From assembly GCA_026706755.1 (NCBI GenBank), contig JAPOYG010000485.1:1-45661 (forward strand): a stretch of DNA of 45,661 nucleotides, read 5' to 3'. Position 1 is the stretch's first letter, and every line of letters begins with the position of its first letter. This document shows, piece after piece, positions 34,703 through 44,173 of the stretch. The notes under the pieces were generated by a model, which worked only from the letters and a program-made list of their open reading frames with translations, made no database searches and was not told the origin of the DNA. The translations under genes were made by a program, and so were the position numbers. The stretch comes from Acidobacteriota bacterium (GTDB lineage: Bacteria > Acidobacteriota > Vicinamibacteria > Vicinamibacterales > UBA8438).

Positions 34703-34763
34703 CGGTCAGCGGGGATCGTTGCATCGGCACGGCAATCGGTCGTGCGCCCGGCGCTCCGCTCGA

Positions 34764-35120
34764 TCAGGCCCAGTCCAGCGCACCCTTGCGCCACGCGTAC
34801 ACGTATCCGATGACCAGGATGAACAGGAAGACGAGCATCTCGATGAGGCCGAACAGCGCCAGCTCGTCCATGATGACGGCCCACGGGAACATGAACACCG
34901 TCTCGACGTCGAAAATCACGAACAGCATCGCGACCAGGTAGTAGCGGACGCTGTAGCGGTCCCGGGCGTCCGTCAGGGGCTCGATGCCGCACTCGTACGG
35001 CTCGAGCTTCACCTTGTTGACCCGGCTCGCGTGCACCAGCCTCGACACCATCAGCGTGAAGATGGCGAAGCCGATCGCGACGAGGATGAAGAGGAAGATC
35101 GGGATGTAGGCTTCTGGCAT
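34764..35120 (-). CDS. nuoA: NADH-quinone oxidoreductase subunit A
   Basis: Start at ATG 35120 ('MPEAYIPIFLFILVAIGFAIFTLMVSRLV...YECGIEPL...YYLVAMLFVIFDVETVFMFPWA'), giving 118 aa. The upstream part of the track ORF is junk. Confidence 0.9.
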   Translation of the reverse strand: MPEAYIPIFLFILVAIGFAIFTLMVSRLVHASRVNKVKLEPYECGIEPLTDARDRYSVRYYLVAMLFVIFDVETVFMFPWAVIMDELALFGLIEMLVFLFILVIGYVYAWRKGALDWA

Positions 35121-35257
35121 CGTCGCTGCGGGAACGTGGTTTACCCGGTGCGACCCGGCTCCCGCGATACGGCGCGACGTGCGGGCCGAAAAACCGGGCG
35201 GATTATTGCACGCGGCACGGGGCCTGTCAAGGAAGCCGCCCCCGCGGCCGGGCGGGC

Positions 35258-35266
35258 TGATATACT
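35258..35266 (+). promoter_or_regulatory. candidate extended -10 element upstream of the first VWA gene
   Basis: TGaTATACT (TG 35258-35259, hexamer 35261-35266) lies 25 nt before ATG 35291, in the divergent nuoA/VWA intergenic region. No convincing -35 is present. Confidence 0.2.
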
Positions 35267-35290
35267 CGCGGCGAAAGGCAGGGCCTGCGC

Positions 35291-36217
35291 ATGCGACGCA
35301 TCCCAGCGGCGTCGTTCGTGGCCGGCTTGGCGGCGGCAACGACCGTCGCGGTCGCCCTCGCGGTCGCCGCCGGCGGCGTGCGGGCGCAGTCGGTCGAACG
35401 CCGGATGATCGTCACCGTTCTCGACGGCGACGACAACCCCGTCGGCAACCTCGCGCCGCGCGATCTCGTGGTCCGGGAGGACGGCGCCGCCCGCGAGGTG
35501 CTGCGTGTCGAGCCCGCCGGCGCCGAACGGCAGATCGCCGTGCTCGTCGACACCTCCGAGGCCGCGGCGCGCGCTACGCGCGACTTTCGGGCCGGCCTCT
35601 CGGCGTTCTTCGAGGCGATGCACGAGGGCAACGAGATCTCGCTGATCAGCTTCGGAGGGCCGCCGCGCATCCTCGTCGGCTCCACGGGCAGCCTCAACCG
35701 GCTGCAGGACGGCCTGGGCGACGTCTTCGGGTTCGCCGGATCCGCCGCGTACCTGCTCGACGCGATGGCGCAGGCCGCCGAGGGCTTCACGCGCCGGGAG
35801 GCGGCCCGCCCGATCCTGATGGCGCTGACCACCGAGGGCGTCGACTACAGCAACGTCCGGGCCCGCGAAGTCTTCGAGCGCGTCCGCGAGAGCGGCGCCG
35901 CCGTCTACACCCTCCTGGTGGCGGGGCGCGGCCGCGCCCGCGCCGATCCCGGCCTCCTCGACGCGAGGCGCCAGCAGGAGGAGATGGAGCGCAACCTGGT
36001 GCTCGAGCGGGGACCGCGCGACAGCGGCGGCCGCAGCGAGATCGTGCTCACGAGCATCGCGGTCGAGAACGCGCTGATGGAGTTCGCAACCGAGCTCCGC
36101 AACCAGTTCGTCGTCACCTACGCCCGACCCGACGCGCTCATCCCGCCGGAGCGCATCGAGGTCGCGGTCAACCGGACGGGGCTCACCGCGCGCGGTACCC
36201 CGCTGAAGGGCGACTGA
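35291..36217 (+). CDS. secreted von Willebrand factor A domain protein
   Basis: 308 aa. Signal peptide 'MRRIPAASFVAGLAAATTVAVALAVAAGGVRA'. The N-terminal 'MIVTVLDGDDNPVGNLAPRDLVVREDG' pattern is as in the VWFA-related acidobacterial domain. The MIDAS-like motif is 'VLVDTSEAA'. Confidence 0.85.
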   Translation: MRRIPAASFVAGLAAATTVAVALAVAAGGVRAQSVERRMIVTVLDGDDNPVGNLAPRDLVVREDGAAREVLRVEPAGAERQIAVLVDTSEAAARATRDFRAGLSAFFEAMHEGNEISLISFGGPPRILVGSTGSLNRLQDGLGDVFGFAGSAAYLLDAMAQAAEGFTRREAARPILMALTTEGVDYSNVRAREVFERVRESGAAVYTLLVAGRGRARADPGLLDARRQQEEMERNLVLERGPRDSGGRSEIVLTSIAVENALMEFATELRNQFVVTYARPDALIPPERIEVAVNRTGLTARGTPLKGD

Positions 36218-36226
36218 CACGGAACC

Positions 36227-37168
36227 ATGACACGCCCAGCATTCGCGGCCCTGGCCGCGGCCGCCGTCGGCGCCGCCGGGTGGGCAACGGCAACCCTGCC
36301 GGCCGGCGCGCAGCAGCCGCCCCAGACGCCGGCGTTCCGCGCCGGCGTCGATGTGGTCTCCCTCAACGTGACGGTCACCGATCTCGAGATGCGCTTCGTG
36401 ACCGATCTCGTGACGGAGGACTTCAGCGTCTACGAGGACGGCGTGCGGCAGGAGATCAACTTCTTCACGCGGACGCAGCTCCCGATCGCGCTGGCGCTGC
36501 TGATCGACACCAGCGCCAGCATGGACGAGGAGATGGCGACCGCGCAGGAGGCCGCGATCGGCTTCTCCCAGCGCCTCGGCCCCGACGACCTCGCGGAGAT
36601 CATCGACTTCGACAGCCGGGTCGACGTCCTGCAGGGCTTCACCAACGACGTCGATCGGTTGGAGTCGGCCATTCGCCGCACGTCGGCAGGCGGCTCCACC
36701 TCGCTGTACAACGCGCTCTACATCTCCCTGAAGGACCTCACCCGGGCGCCGCTCCGGGAAGCCGACGTGCGGCGCGAGGCGATCATCGTCCTGTCCGACG
36801 GCGAGGACACGTCGAGCCTCGTCAGCTTCGAGGAGGTGCTCGAGCTCGCCAAGCGGTCCGAGACGGCGATCTACTCGATCGGCCTGCAGGCCGAGGACCG
36901 TCGGTCGCGAACCGGCTTCCGGGAAGCCGACTTCGTGCTCCGCCAACTGGCCCAGGAGACCGGCGGACGGGCGTTCTTCCCCCACGACGTCAGCGAGCTC
37001 CCGGGCATCTACCGGCAGATCTCGGACGAGCTGTCCAGCCAGTACTCGGTCGGCTACATCTCGGCCAACCCGCTGCGCAACGGGCAGTGGCGGCGCGTCG
37101 TCGTGCAGGTCGACCGCGAGGGCGCCACCGCGCGGACGAAGCGGGGTTACTACGGGCCGCGCGGGTAA
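36227..37168 (+). CDS. secreted von Willebrand factor A domain protein (VWFA-related acidobacterial type)
   Basis: 313 aa. 'FRAGVDVVSLNVTVTDLEMRFVTDLVTEDFSVYEDGVRQEINFF', the MIDAS motif 'LLIDTSASMDEEM' and 'GGSTSLYNALY'. Confidence 0.9.
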   Translation: MTRPAFAALAAAAVGAAGWATATLPAGAQQPPQTPAFRAGVDVVSLNVTVTDLEMRFVTDLVTEDFSVYEDGVRQEINFFTRTQLPIALALLIDTSASMDEEMATAQEAAIGFSQRLGPDDLAEIIDFDSRVDVLQGFTNDVDRLESAIRRTSAGGSTSLYNALYISLKDLTRAPLREADVRREAIIVLSDGEDTSSLVSFEEVLELAKRSETAIYSIGLQAEDRRSRTGFREADFVLRQLAQETGGRAFFPHDVSELPGIYRQISDELSSQYSVGYISANPLRNGQWRRVVVQVDREGATARTKRGYYGPRG

Positions 37169-37186
37169 CGCGCCGCCCGAGCCCTC

Positions 37187-38011
37187 ATGAACGCGATCCC
37201 CCTGGCGCTCTACTTCACGGCCAGCGGCGCGTACGCAGTCCACTTCGCACGCCCCGGCAGCGCGTGGGGCCCGACCGCGACCCTCACCCTCGTCGCCGGC
37301 GCGCTCGCCCACACGTTCGTCATCGGGATGCAGACGATGCAGGTGGGTCACATCCCGTTCGTCGGCACGACGGGCGCGATCTCGGCGTTCGTCTGGCTGC
37401 TGGCGCTGGCCTACCTCTATACGGAGATGACCGCCGACGAGCGGTCGATGGGGATCTTCCTGGTGCCGCTCATGGTCGTCCTGCAGACGATCCCCGCTCT
37501 CGGCAACAGCGTCGCCGCGCGGCCGCCGGTGCTCGAGAGCCGCTGGTTCGAGATCCACGTATTCTCGCTGCTCGTCGCCTACGCGAGCCTGGCCCTCGCC
37601 TGCGTCGTGAGCGTGACCTACGTGCTGCTCTTCAAGGAGTTGAAGGCCAAGCACCCGGGCGTCTTCTACGCGCGCCTGCCGTCGCTGCAGGTGCTGGATG
37701 CGATGAACCGCCGCACGGTAGGCGTCGGCTGGGCGTTCCTGACCGTCGGCATCGGCGTCGGCGTCATCTGGCTGGCCCAGCTCCAGCCCGGCGCCGTCGA
37801 CCCGCGGGTGCAGGCGATGTCGCCCCTCGATCCGAAGATCTTCATAGTGGTGCTCTGCTGGCTCGTCTACGGGTTCGGGATCTTCGCGCGCTCGCGGCTT
37901 GGCTGGGGCGGCCGCCGGGCGGCGTGGCTGTCGACCGTCGGCTTCGCGATCCTGTTGCTCAACTTCGTGCCCATCGGCTACTTCGGGACCGAGACGCACA
38001 ACTTCTACTAG
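37187..38011 (+). CDS. cytochrome c assembly-family membrane protein (CcsA/HemX-like) preceding hemA
   Basis: 274 aa and polytopic. It resembles the CcsA-family protein found upstream of hemA in hemAXCDBL-type operons. The Trp-rich motif is degenerate ('VIWLAQL...SPLDPKI'). Confidence 0.75.
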   Translation: MNAIPLALYFTASGAYAVHFARPGSAWGPTATLTLVAGALAHTFVIGMQTMQVGHIPFVGTTGAISAFVWLLALAYLYTEMTADERSMGIFLVPLMVVLQTIPALGNSVAARPPVLESRWFEIHVFSLLVAYASLALACVVSVTYVLLFKELKAKHPGVFYARLPSLQVLDAMNRRTVGVGWAFLTVGIGVGVIWLAQLQPGAVDPRVQAMSPLDPKIFIVVLCWLVYGFGIFARSRLGWGGRRAAWLSTVGFAILLLNFVPIGYFGTETHNFY

Positions 38012-38082
38012 GGGAAGTCTCCCGAAGGGTCCGAGAGCACGCCCATCCCGCACGACGCGCCTCGAGCCGGCGATCTCACGAG

Positions 38083-39432
38083 ATGCACCTGTCTCTGCTC
38101 GGCGTGAGCCATCACAGCGCGCCGGTCGATCTTCGCGAGCGGGTCGACTTCTCCCGACGCGGTGTGCCGGCGGCGCTGGCGGTCCTGGCCGACACGCCGG
38201 GCACGGCCGAAGTGGTCGTCCTTTCCACGTGCAACCGGGCCGAGATCTACACGATGTGCGAGGATGCCGGCCGGGCGCGCGACGGGCTCGCGCGCTTCAT
38301 GAGCGAGTTCCACAACGTGCCCGAGCCGGAGCTGGCCGCGCACCTGTACACGATGACCGGTGCCGCGGTCACCCGGCACCTCTTCCGGGTGGCGGCGGGG
38401 CTCGACTCGCTCGTCGTGGGCGAGCCGCAGATTCTGGGGCAGGTCAAGGAAGCCTACGCCGTCGCCTCCGACCGCGGGCACACCGGCGCGTCGCTCAACC
38501 GGCTGTTCCACTGGGCGTTCAGCGTCGGCAAGCGCGTGCGGGCCGAGACCGGGCTCGGCGAGGGGGCCGTCTCGGTCAGCTACGCGGCCATCGCCCTCGC
38601 CCGCAAGATCTTCGGGCGCCTCGACCGGCTGCGCGCCCTGGTGGTCGGCGCCGGGGAAATGGCCGAGCTCACCGCGACCCACCTTCGCGCGCAGGACGTT
38701 CGCCACATCGGCGTGACGAACCGGACCGCGTCCCGCGCCGCCGCCCTTGCGGCCCGGGTGCAGGGAATCGCCGTACCCTGGGAGGCGATGATCGACGAGC
38801 TGGCTTCGACCGACATCGTCGTCACGGCAACCGGCTCCGCGAGCTGCATGGTGACGCGGGCGCACGTGGCCGAGGCCATGAAGCCGCGGCGCGACCGCCC
38901 GCTGTTCATGATCGACATCGGCGTCCCGCGCGACGTGGAGCCCGCCGCGGGCGACATCGAGCAGGTGTTCCTCTACAACATCGACGACCTGCAGGCCATC
39001 GTCCGCGAGAACCAGGCGCGGCGGCAGGCGCAGGTCGACCGGGCCGAGCTCCTCGTCGAGGAGGAGGTCGACGGGTTCATGCGCTGGCTCCGGTCCCGAG
39101 GCTCCGTCCCTACCGTCGTGGCGCTGCGCCGCCGCTTCGAGGAGATTCGGCAGGCGGAGCTGGCGCGGCTGGCGCCGAAGCTGGCATCGATGCCGCCGGA
39201 CGCCCGCGCCCGGGTCGAGGAGGTGACGCGCCTCCTCGTGGAACGGCTGCTGTCGACCCCGACGGAGCGGCTCAAGGCCGCGCCCGACGAGGATGCGGCG
39301 GCCACGGACGCCGACACGCTCAGCCGTCTCTTCGAGCTCGGCCTCGGGGAGGACTCGGACGACGACACGCCCGCGCTCCGCGAAGCCCGTCTCGGGAGCA
39401 TGGCGAGCCCCTCGGCGGCGAGGAATCGTTGA
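38083..39432 (+). CDS. hemA: glutamyl-tRNA reductase
   Basis: ATG 38083 within the long artefactual ORF 35179..39432. 'MHLSLLGVSHHSAPVDLRERV', 'LSTCNRAEIY', 'GLDSLVVGEPQILGQVKEAY', 'VVGAGEMAEL'. Confidence 0.95.
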   Translation: MHLSLLGVSHHSAPVDLRERVDFSRRGVPAALAVLADTPGTAEVVVLSTCNRAEIYTMCEDAGRARDGLARFMSEFHNVPEPELAAHLYTMTGAAVTRHLFRVAAGLDSLVVGEPQILGQVKEAYAVASDRGHTGASLNRLFHWAFSVGKRVRAETGLGEGAVSVSYAAIALARKIFGRLDRLRALVVGAGEMAELTATHLRAQDVRHIGVTNRTASRAAALAARVQGIAVPWEAMIDELASTDIVVTATGSASCMVTRAHVAEAMKPRRDRPLFMIDIGVPRDVEPAAGDIEQVFLYNIDDLQAIVRENQARRQAQVDRAELLVEEEVDGFMRWLRSRGSVPTVVALRRRFEEIRQAELARLAPKLASMPPDARARVEEVTRLLVERLLSTPTERLKAAPDEDAAATDADTLSRLFELGLGEDSDDDTPALREARLGSMASPSAARNR

Positions 39433-40394
39433 AGACCCTTCGCCTCGGCACCCGCCGGAGCCCCCTGGCGCTGTGGCAGACCCGGCAGGTGGCGGCCGCG
39501 CTCCGGCGGGCCGGCGCACCGGACCCGGAGCTCGTCGCCATCACGACCGACGGCGACCGCCTCTCCGCCGCGCCCCGCGCCGAGGCGGAACCGCTGCCGG
39601 CAGGGGGCGGGAAGCGGCTCTTCGTCAAGGCCATCGAGGACGCGTTGCTCGGGGGCAGGATCGACCTCGCGGTGCACAGCGCGAAGGACCTGCCGGCCGT
39701 CATCCCGGCGGGCCTGCGGATCGAGGCCGTGCTGCCGCGCGCGGATCCGCGCGACGCGCTGGCCGCTCCCGCGACCGCGACCGTCCCCGCCGGCGGGGCG
39801 GCGGCCTGGGTCGCCCGGGCCGGTCCCGGCGCGCGCGTCGGCACGAGCAGCCTCCGCCGCGCCGCCCAACTGCGGCGCGCGTTCCCCGACATCGAGGTGG
39901 TGCCGGTGCGCGGCAACGTCGGCACCCGCCTGCGCCGGCTCGACGAGGGCGGTTGCGACCTCCTCGTGCTCGCCGTGGCCGGTCTCGTGCGCCTGGGGCT
40001 GTCGGAGCGGATCAGCAGCCCGCTCGCGGCCCAGGTCTGCGTCCCCGCGCCCGGCCAGGGGATCGTGGCCGCAGAGTGCCGGATCGGCGACGCGGCCGCG
40101 GAGGGACTGCTCGAGCGCATCCGGAACCGCGAGGCGGCGCAGGCGCTCGGGGCCGAGCGGGCCCTGGTGACGGCGCTCGGCGCCGACTGCAACGTGCCGC
40201 TCGGCGCCCTGGCCACCGCCGATGGAGACCGGCTCTCGTTGCGTTGCGTCGTGGCTTCGCCGGACGGCGGCCGCCTGCTGGGCCACATCGTGCGCGGCCG
40301 TCTCGACGATGCGGCCGGCGTCGGCCGCCGAGCTGCCGATCTGCTGCTGGCCGACGGCGCCGCGGCGTTGCTGGCCGCCGCGGGAGCGACATGA
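39429..40394 (+). CDS. hemC: hydroxymethylbilane synthase (porphobilinogen deaminase)
   Basis: TTG 39429 overlaps the hemA stop (TTGA). '(M)KTLRLGTRRSPLALWQTRQV', 'DLAVHSAKDLP', 'VGTSSLRRAAQL', 'RGNVGTRLRRL'. Confidence 0.9.
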   Translation: MKTLRLGTRRSPLALWQTRQVAAALRRAGAPDPELVAITTDGDRLSAAPRAEAEPLPAGGGKRLFVKAIEDALLGGRIDLAVHSAKDLPAVIPAGLRIEAVLPRADPRDALAAPATATVPAGGAAAWVARAGPGARVGTSSLRRAAQLRRAFPDIEVVPVRGNVGTRLRRLDEGGCDLLVLAVAGLVRLGLSERISSPLAAQVCVPAPGQGIVAAECRIGDAAAEGLLERIRNREAAQALGAERALVTALGADCNVPLGALATADGDRLSLRCVVASPDGGRLLGHIVRGRLDDAAGVGRRAADLLLADGAAALLAAAGAT

Positions 40395-41929
40395 CCGCCG
40401 GCGCGTGCGTCCACCTCATCGGCGCGGGTCCCGGCGATCCGGCGCTCATCACCCTCCGGGGCCGGCAGCGGCTGGCGGCCGCCGACGTCGTCGTCTTCGG
40501 CGGCCGGCGCATCCCCGATCGACTGCTGTGCTGGGCGCGGGCCGACGCCGAGCGGATCGACGTCGACGCCGGAGCGCCCGGGCCCCTCGACGCGGATGCC
40601 GTTCACCACCTGCTGGCCGATCGGGCCGGCAGGGGCATGGCCGTGGCGCACCTGACCCCCGGCGACCCGCTGGCGTCCGGCACCGCCGCGGAAACGGCCC
40701 GCTACCTTCACGACCGCGGCGTCCGCGTCGAGGTGGTGCCGGGCCTTCCCCCGCACGTTGCCGCCCCCGGCCTCGCCGGGGTGGCCATCGCCGGCGCGGG
40801 CGGCGCGGAGGCCGTGGTCTACCTCCGTTGCGGGCCGGCCGGCATGAACGACGCGCCCCCTGTCGACTGGAGCCGGGCGGCGCCGCCCCCCGTCACGCTC
40901 GTCAGCGAGGGCCACGGCGCACAGGTCGCCGGTATCGGCGAGGAACTGCTCCGGCACGGGTGGCCGCCGGACGAACCGGCCACTCTCGTCCTGCACGGGA
41001 CGCTGCCGGCGCAGAGGACGATGGAGGGCTCGCTCCGCGAGGTGCAGGCCGCCGCGCGCAGGGTTGCAGATACTGCCAACGCGGTGCTGGTCGTAGGTCG
41101 CAATTCCCGCCGCCGCCCCCCGCTGCGCTGGTTCGACGAGCGCCCGCTCTTCGGCCGCCGCATCCTCGTCACGAGGCCTCGCGCGCAGGCCGCCGCGCTC
41201 GTCGACCGGCTCGCCGACCTCGGTGCGGATCCGATCGAGGCCCCGATGATCCGCATCCTGCCCCCCGCGGACGAGGCGCCCCTCGAGGCGGCGTGCGCGG
41301 CGGCATCCACGTTCGACTGGATCGTCTTCACGTCGGCGAACGGGGTCGAGGCGTTCATGGAGCGACTGCTTGCCGGTCCCCGGGACGTCCGGACGCTGGG
41401 CCCCACCCGCCTCTGCGCGGTCGGGCCGGCCACCGAGGCCTGCCTGCGGCGCTACGGGCTCGCGGTGGACCTGTTGCCCGAGGAGCACCGGGCCGAGGCG
41501 GTGAGCGCCGCCCTGCTCCGCGACCACGACGTCTCGGGTGCCCGCATCCTGCTGCCGCGGGCCGACATCGCTCGGGCCACGCTGCCGGACGAGCTTCGGC
41601 GCGCGGGGGCCGAGGTGGTCGACGTCGCGGCGTACCGTACGGTGCCCGTCCGCGACGCGGACGGGATCGACGTCTCCCGGATGCTGCGCGAGCGCCGCAT
41701 CGACGTCGTCACGTTCACGAGCGCGTCGACGGTCCGCAGCTTCGTCGCCCGCGTCGGGGCGGAGTCGCTGGCGGACCGGCTCGAGAACGTGGCCGTGGCG
41801 TCCATCGGTCCGGTCACGGCCGGCGCCGCGCGACGGCTCGGCATCGACACCGCCATCATGCCCTCCACCTATACCGTGCCCGCGCTGGCGGAGGCCATCG
41901 CAGCGCACTTCGACTCCCGGAGGCCCTGA
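40391..41929 (+). CDS. cobA-hemD: bifunctional uroporphyrinogen-III C-methyltransferase / uroporphyrinogen-III synthase
   Basis: ATG 40391 overlaps the hemC stop (ATGA), giving 512 aa. N-terminal tetrapyrrole methylase 'VHLIGAGPGDPALITLRG'. The C-terminal HemD half runs from 'RILVTRPRAQAAALVDRLADLGADPIEAPMIRI', with 'WIVFTSANGVEAF'. Confidence 0.9.
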   Translation: MTAGACVHLIGAGPGDPALITLRGRQRLAAADVVVFGGRRIPDRLLCWARADAERIDVDAGAPGPLDADAVHHLLADRAGRGMAVAHLTPGDPLASGTAAETARYLHDRGVRVEVVPGLPPHVAAPGLAGVAIAGAGGAEAVVYLRCGPAGMNDAPPVDWSRAAPPPVTLVSEGHGAQVAGIGEELLRHGWPPDEPATLVLHGTLPAQRTMEGSLREVQAAARRVADTANAVLVVGRNSRRRPPLRWFDERPLFGRRILVTRPRAQAAALVDRLADLGADPIEAPMIRILPPADEAPLEAACAAASTFDWIVFTSANGVEAFMERLLAGPRDVRTLGPTRLCAVGPATEACLRRYGLAVDLLPEEHRAEAVSAALLRDHDVSGARILLPRADIARATLPDELRRAGAEVVDVAAYRTVPVRDADGIDVSRMLRERRIDVVTFTSASTVRSFVARVGAESLADRLENVAVASIGPVTAGAARRLGIDTAIMPSTYTVPALAEAIAAHFDSRRP

Positions 41930-42016
41930 TTCCATCGTTGCGTCGTCGAGGCGGCACGGACCGTGCATGGCGACCGGAACGCGAACGCCGCCGCAACCCG
42001 GGAGCGGCGGCTCGAC

Positions 42017-43051
42017 ATGACCACACAAGGACGGACAGTGCACTGGTATCCACGCTATCTCTCGATCGGCGCCCGCCGCGCCACGACCCTGCCGGAGATG
42101 CGCCGGCTGCGCGAGCGCGGAGTGCGCGTGCAGCCTGTCGAGGGCGTGGGGCAGGCGATGGCCAGGGACTTCTGGGGCCGCCGCTGGTGCGAACGCCTCG
42201 ATACGTTCGCCCGCGACGAGGCGCGCCTGCCCCTGGGCCGCACCCTGGTGCGGAACGGCTCGGTCTGTCACCTGGAGATTCGGCCTGGCGTCGTCGAGGC
42301 GATGGTCGCCGGCTCGGCCCTGTTCCGCACCGTCGTTCGCATCCGGGCGATGGACCCGACCGCCCGGCGGGAGATGGCAAGGGCGTGTGCGGGTCGCGTC
42401 GGCTCCGTGCCGGAGCTGTTGCGGGGCGCTCTGCCGGAGGACGTCATCGAGGCGGTCGCCGGTTCCGCCCGCGGCGTGCTGCCGTGGCGCGAGGAGATCG
42501 ATTCCGAGTGCGGCTGCCCGGACGGCAAGGCCCTGTGCCGGCACGCGGCGGCGGCGCTCTACGGCGTCGGTCGCCGCCTGGACGCGGAGCCGGAGCTCCT
42601 GTTCCGGCTGCGGAACGTGGACGAAGCCGAGCTGGTCGCCACCGCCACGGCCCCGAAGCGTGCTTTTTCGCACCACGACCCCGAGGACGCCCCCGGGCCG
42701 GAGTCGGCGCCCGCGCTTGTCTCGCCGCCCGCGGACTTGCCGGACGACCCGATCCCTGCAGGCACGGGCCGCTCGGGCCCGGCCGGCGCGGACGCGGCTC
42801 CCGAGCACCCCGATGCGGGCCCTGCCGCGCCCGCCGACGAGGACGGCGACGAGTTCCGCCCCACGGGCGCGTTCATTCGCGGCCTGCGCCGCAGCAGCGG
42901 GTTCTCGGTGGCGGAGTTCGCCGCGCTCCTGCGGGTGTCGGCCGCGACCGTGCGCCGCTGGGAGGCGGCACCCGGTGCCCTCACTCTGCGGTCCCGCCCC
43001 CGCGACGCCCTCGAGACGCTGCTCGAAGCGATCGAGGGGAGCGGGACGTAG
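42017..43051 (+). CDS. SWIM zinc-finger protein with a C-terminal XRE-like HTH
   Basis: Start taken at ATG 42017 (GGGAGCGG upstream); the track ORF begins at 41963. SWIM motif CxC...CxH: 'CGCPDGKALCRHAAAALY'. The C-terminal 'GFSVAEFAALLRVSAATVRRWE' is HTH-like. A Pro/Ala-rich linker separates them. Confidence 0.7.
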   Translation: MTTQGRTVHWYPRYLSIGARRATTLPEMRRLRERGVRVQPVEGVGQAMARDFWGRRWCERLDTFARDEARLPLGRTLVRNGSVCHLEIRPGVVEAMVAGSALFRTVVRIRAMDPTARREMARACAGRVGSVPELLRGALPEDVIEAVAGSARGVLPWREEIDSECGCPDGKALCRHAAAALYGVGRRLDAEPELLFRLRNVDEAELVATATAPKRAFSHHDPEDAPGPESAPALVSPPADLPDDPIPAGTGRSGPAGADAAPEHPDAGPAAPADEDGDEFRPTGAFIRGLRRSSGFSVAEFAALLRVSAATVRRWEAAPGALTLRSRPRDALETLLEAIEGSGT

Positions 43052-43087
43052 CGGACGAGCCCGGGGCGCGAAGGTGGCGCCGTCGGC

Positions 43088-44173
43088 TCAGGGGTCGCGG
43101 ACGCTGACGGTGACGTCGGCCGCCGCGATCCGCATCCCGTCGCTTCCGTGCGCCCGCAGCACGTAGGTGCCGGGTCGATCGAACGTGACCGCGGCCTCGA
43201 ACGTCGCCGCCACCCACCCGTCGCCGTCCGTGGCGGTGGAGACGGAGTTCCGCGGGCCGGCCGAAGGATAGCGCCGCGCCTGCGTGCCGGCCGGCTCCGC
43301 CTCCTCCTCGGACACCGAACGCTGGTAGTCGGGGGGCGCGATCCGAGCGCCGGCCGGGCCCCGGTAGACGACCCAGTGCACGGAGAGGCCGTTCCGGGGC
43401 GGCCTCGGCCGGACGTACCAGGGGATATTGTCGGGAACCTCCGGCGACCCATCGGGCGGCGTCAACGCGGGCACGCCGGAACGCGAGGCGCCCGGGGACC
43501 GAGGACGGGGCGCGAGCGGGCTCGGAAGCGGATCGTCGGCCAGGACGGCGGTCAGCGAGAGCGGCGCGCCCACCGCAAGCACCGCGTGCGAAGCGGAGAC
43601 CGCGATGCGCGGCGGGCGGTTGGCGTACCACTCCTCCTTCGGCCGGCCGAAGCCGAGCCCCGAGTTGCGGATGATGGTGTCCTGGTCGATCTCCCACTCC
43701 GGCTGCAGCCACCCGATGGCCTGCTGCTCGCGGCCGTTGTGGCGGACCGTCCAGACGAGCCCGTCCTCGAACGACGTCCCCATGTCGCCGGGCACGTCGA
43801 CCGTGAACTCGAAGCGGTGCGTGCGCGGATAGAAGTACGCCGGCTGCCCCCGGTCCGGGTCGCCGGGCGCGAAGAAGTTGTCCGGCCCCACCGGCACGCT
43901 CGGCCGTTCCCGGTAGTTCCGGTTGAGGTAGCCGAAATGGAGGGTGATGCCGCCGTCCGGGCGCCGCTGCCACCCCTCGTAGATCGGCTGGACGTCCTGA
44001 CCGATGTCGAAGCGCTGCTGCGGCTGCGCCGCGACCGGGACGTCGCGCCGATCCACCTGCGCGCGGGCGGGCTGAACGTCCACGGCGGCCAGGGCCAGCG
44101 CCGCGGCGACCGTGGCCCGGCACACGTCCGTTCGCCGCGCCACCCGCTTCACCCGCGCGCCCTCAGTTGGCAC
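43088..44173 (-). CDS. exported hypothetical protein, co-transcribed with the upstream CxxCH protein
   Basis: 361 aa. N-terminal signal-like 'CRATVAAALALAAVDVQPARAQ'. Overlaps the upstream gene by 11 nt. No family recognised. Confidence 0.6.
   Translation of the reverse strand: MPTEGARVKRVARRTDVCRATVAAALALAAVDVQPARAQVDRRDVPVAAQPQQRFDIGQDVQPIYEGWQRRPDGGITLHFGYLNRNYRERPSVPVGPDNFFAPGDPDRGQPAYFYPRTHRFEFTVDVPGDMGTSFEDGLVWTVRHNGREQQAIGWLQPEWEIDQDTIIRNSGLGFGRPKEEWYANRPPRIAVSASHAVLAVGAPLSLTAVLADDPLPSPLAPRPRSPGASRSGVPALTPPDGSPEVPDNIPWYVRPRPPRNGLSVHWVVYRGPAGARIAPPDYQRSVSEEEAEPAGTQARRYPSAGPRNSVSTATDGDGWVAATFEAAVTFDRPGTYVLRAHGSDGMRIAAADVTVSVRDP

Noticed and set aside
34108-34763. A hidden or overlapping nuoB in the nuoA-nuoC interval (for example ORF 34108..34680 on the minus strand)
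   Set aside because: That ORF translates to Arg/Pro-rich junk. No frame shows the NuoB Cys motifs (CC..E ... C ... CP). The only coherent frame is the nuoC extension.
35141-39432. Very long ORFs 35179..39432 (+, 1417 aa) and 35141..38053 (-, 970 aa) spanning the VWA/hemX/hemA region
   Set aside because: Their translations are Arg/Pro/Gly/Ala low-complexity strings except where the plus ORF coincides with hemA (from 38083). They overlap well-supported genes in other frames or on the other strand. This is a typical high-GC open-frame artefact.
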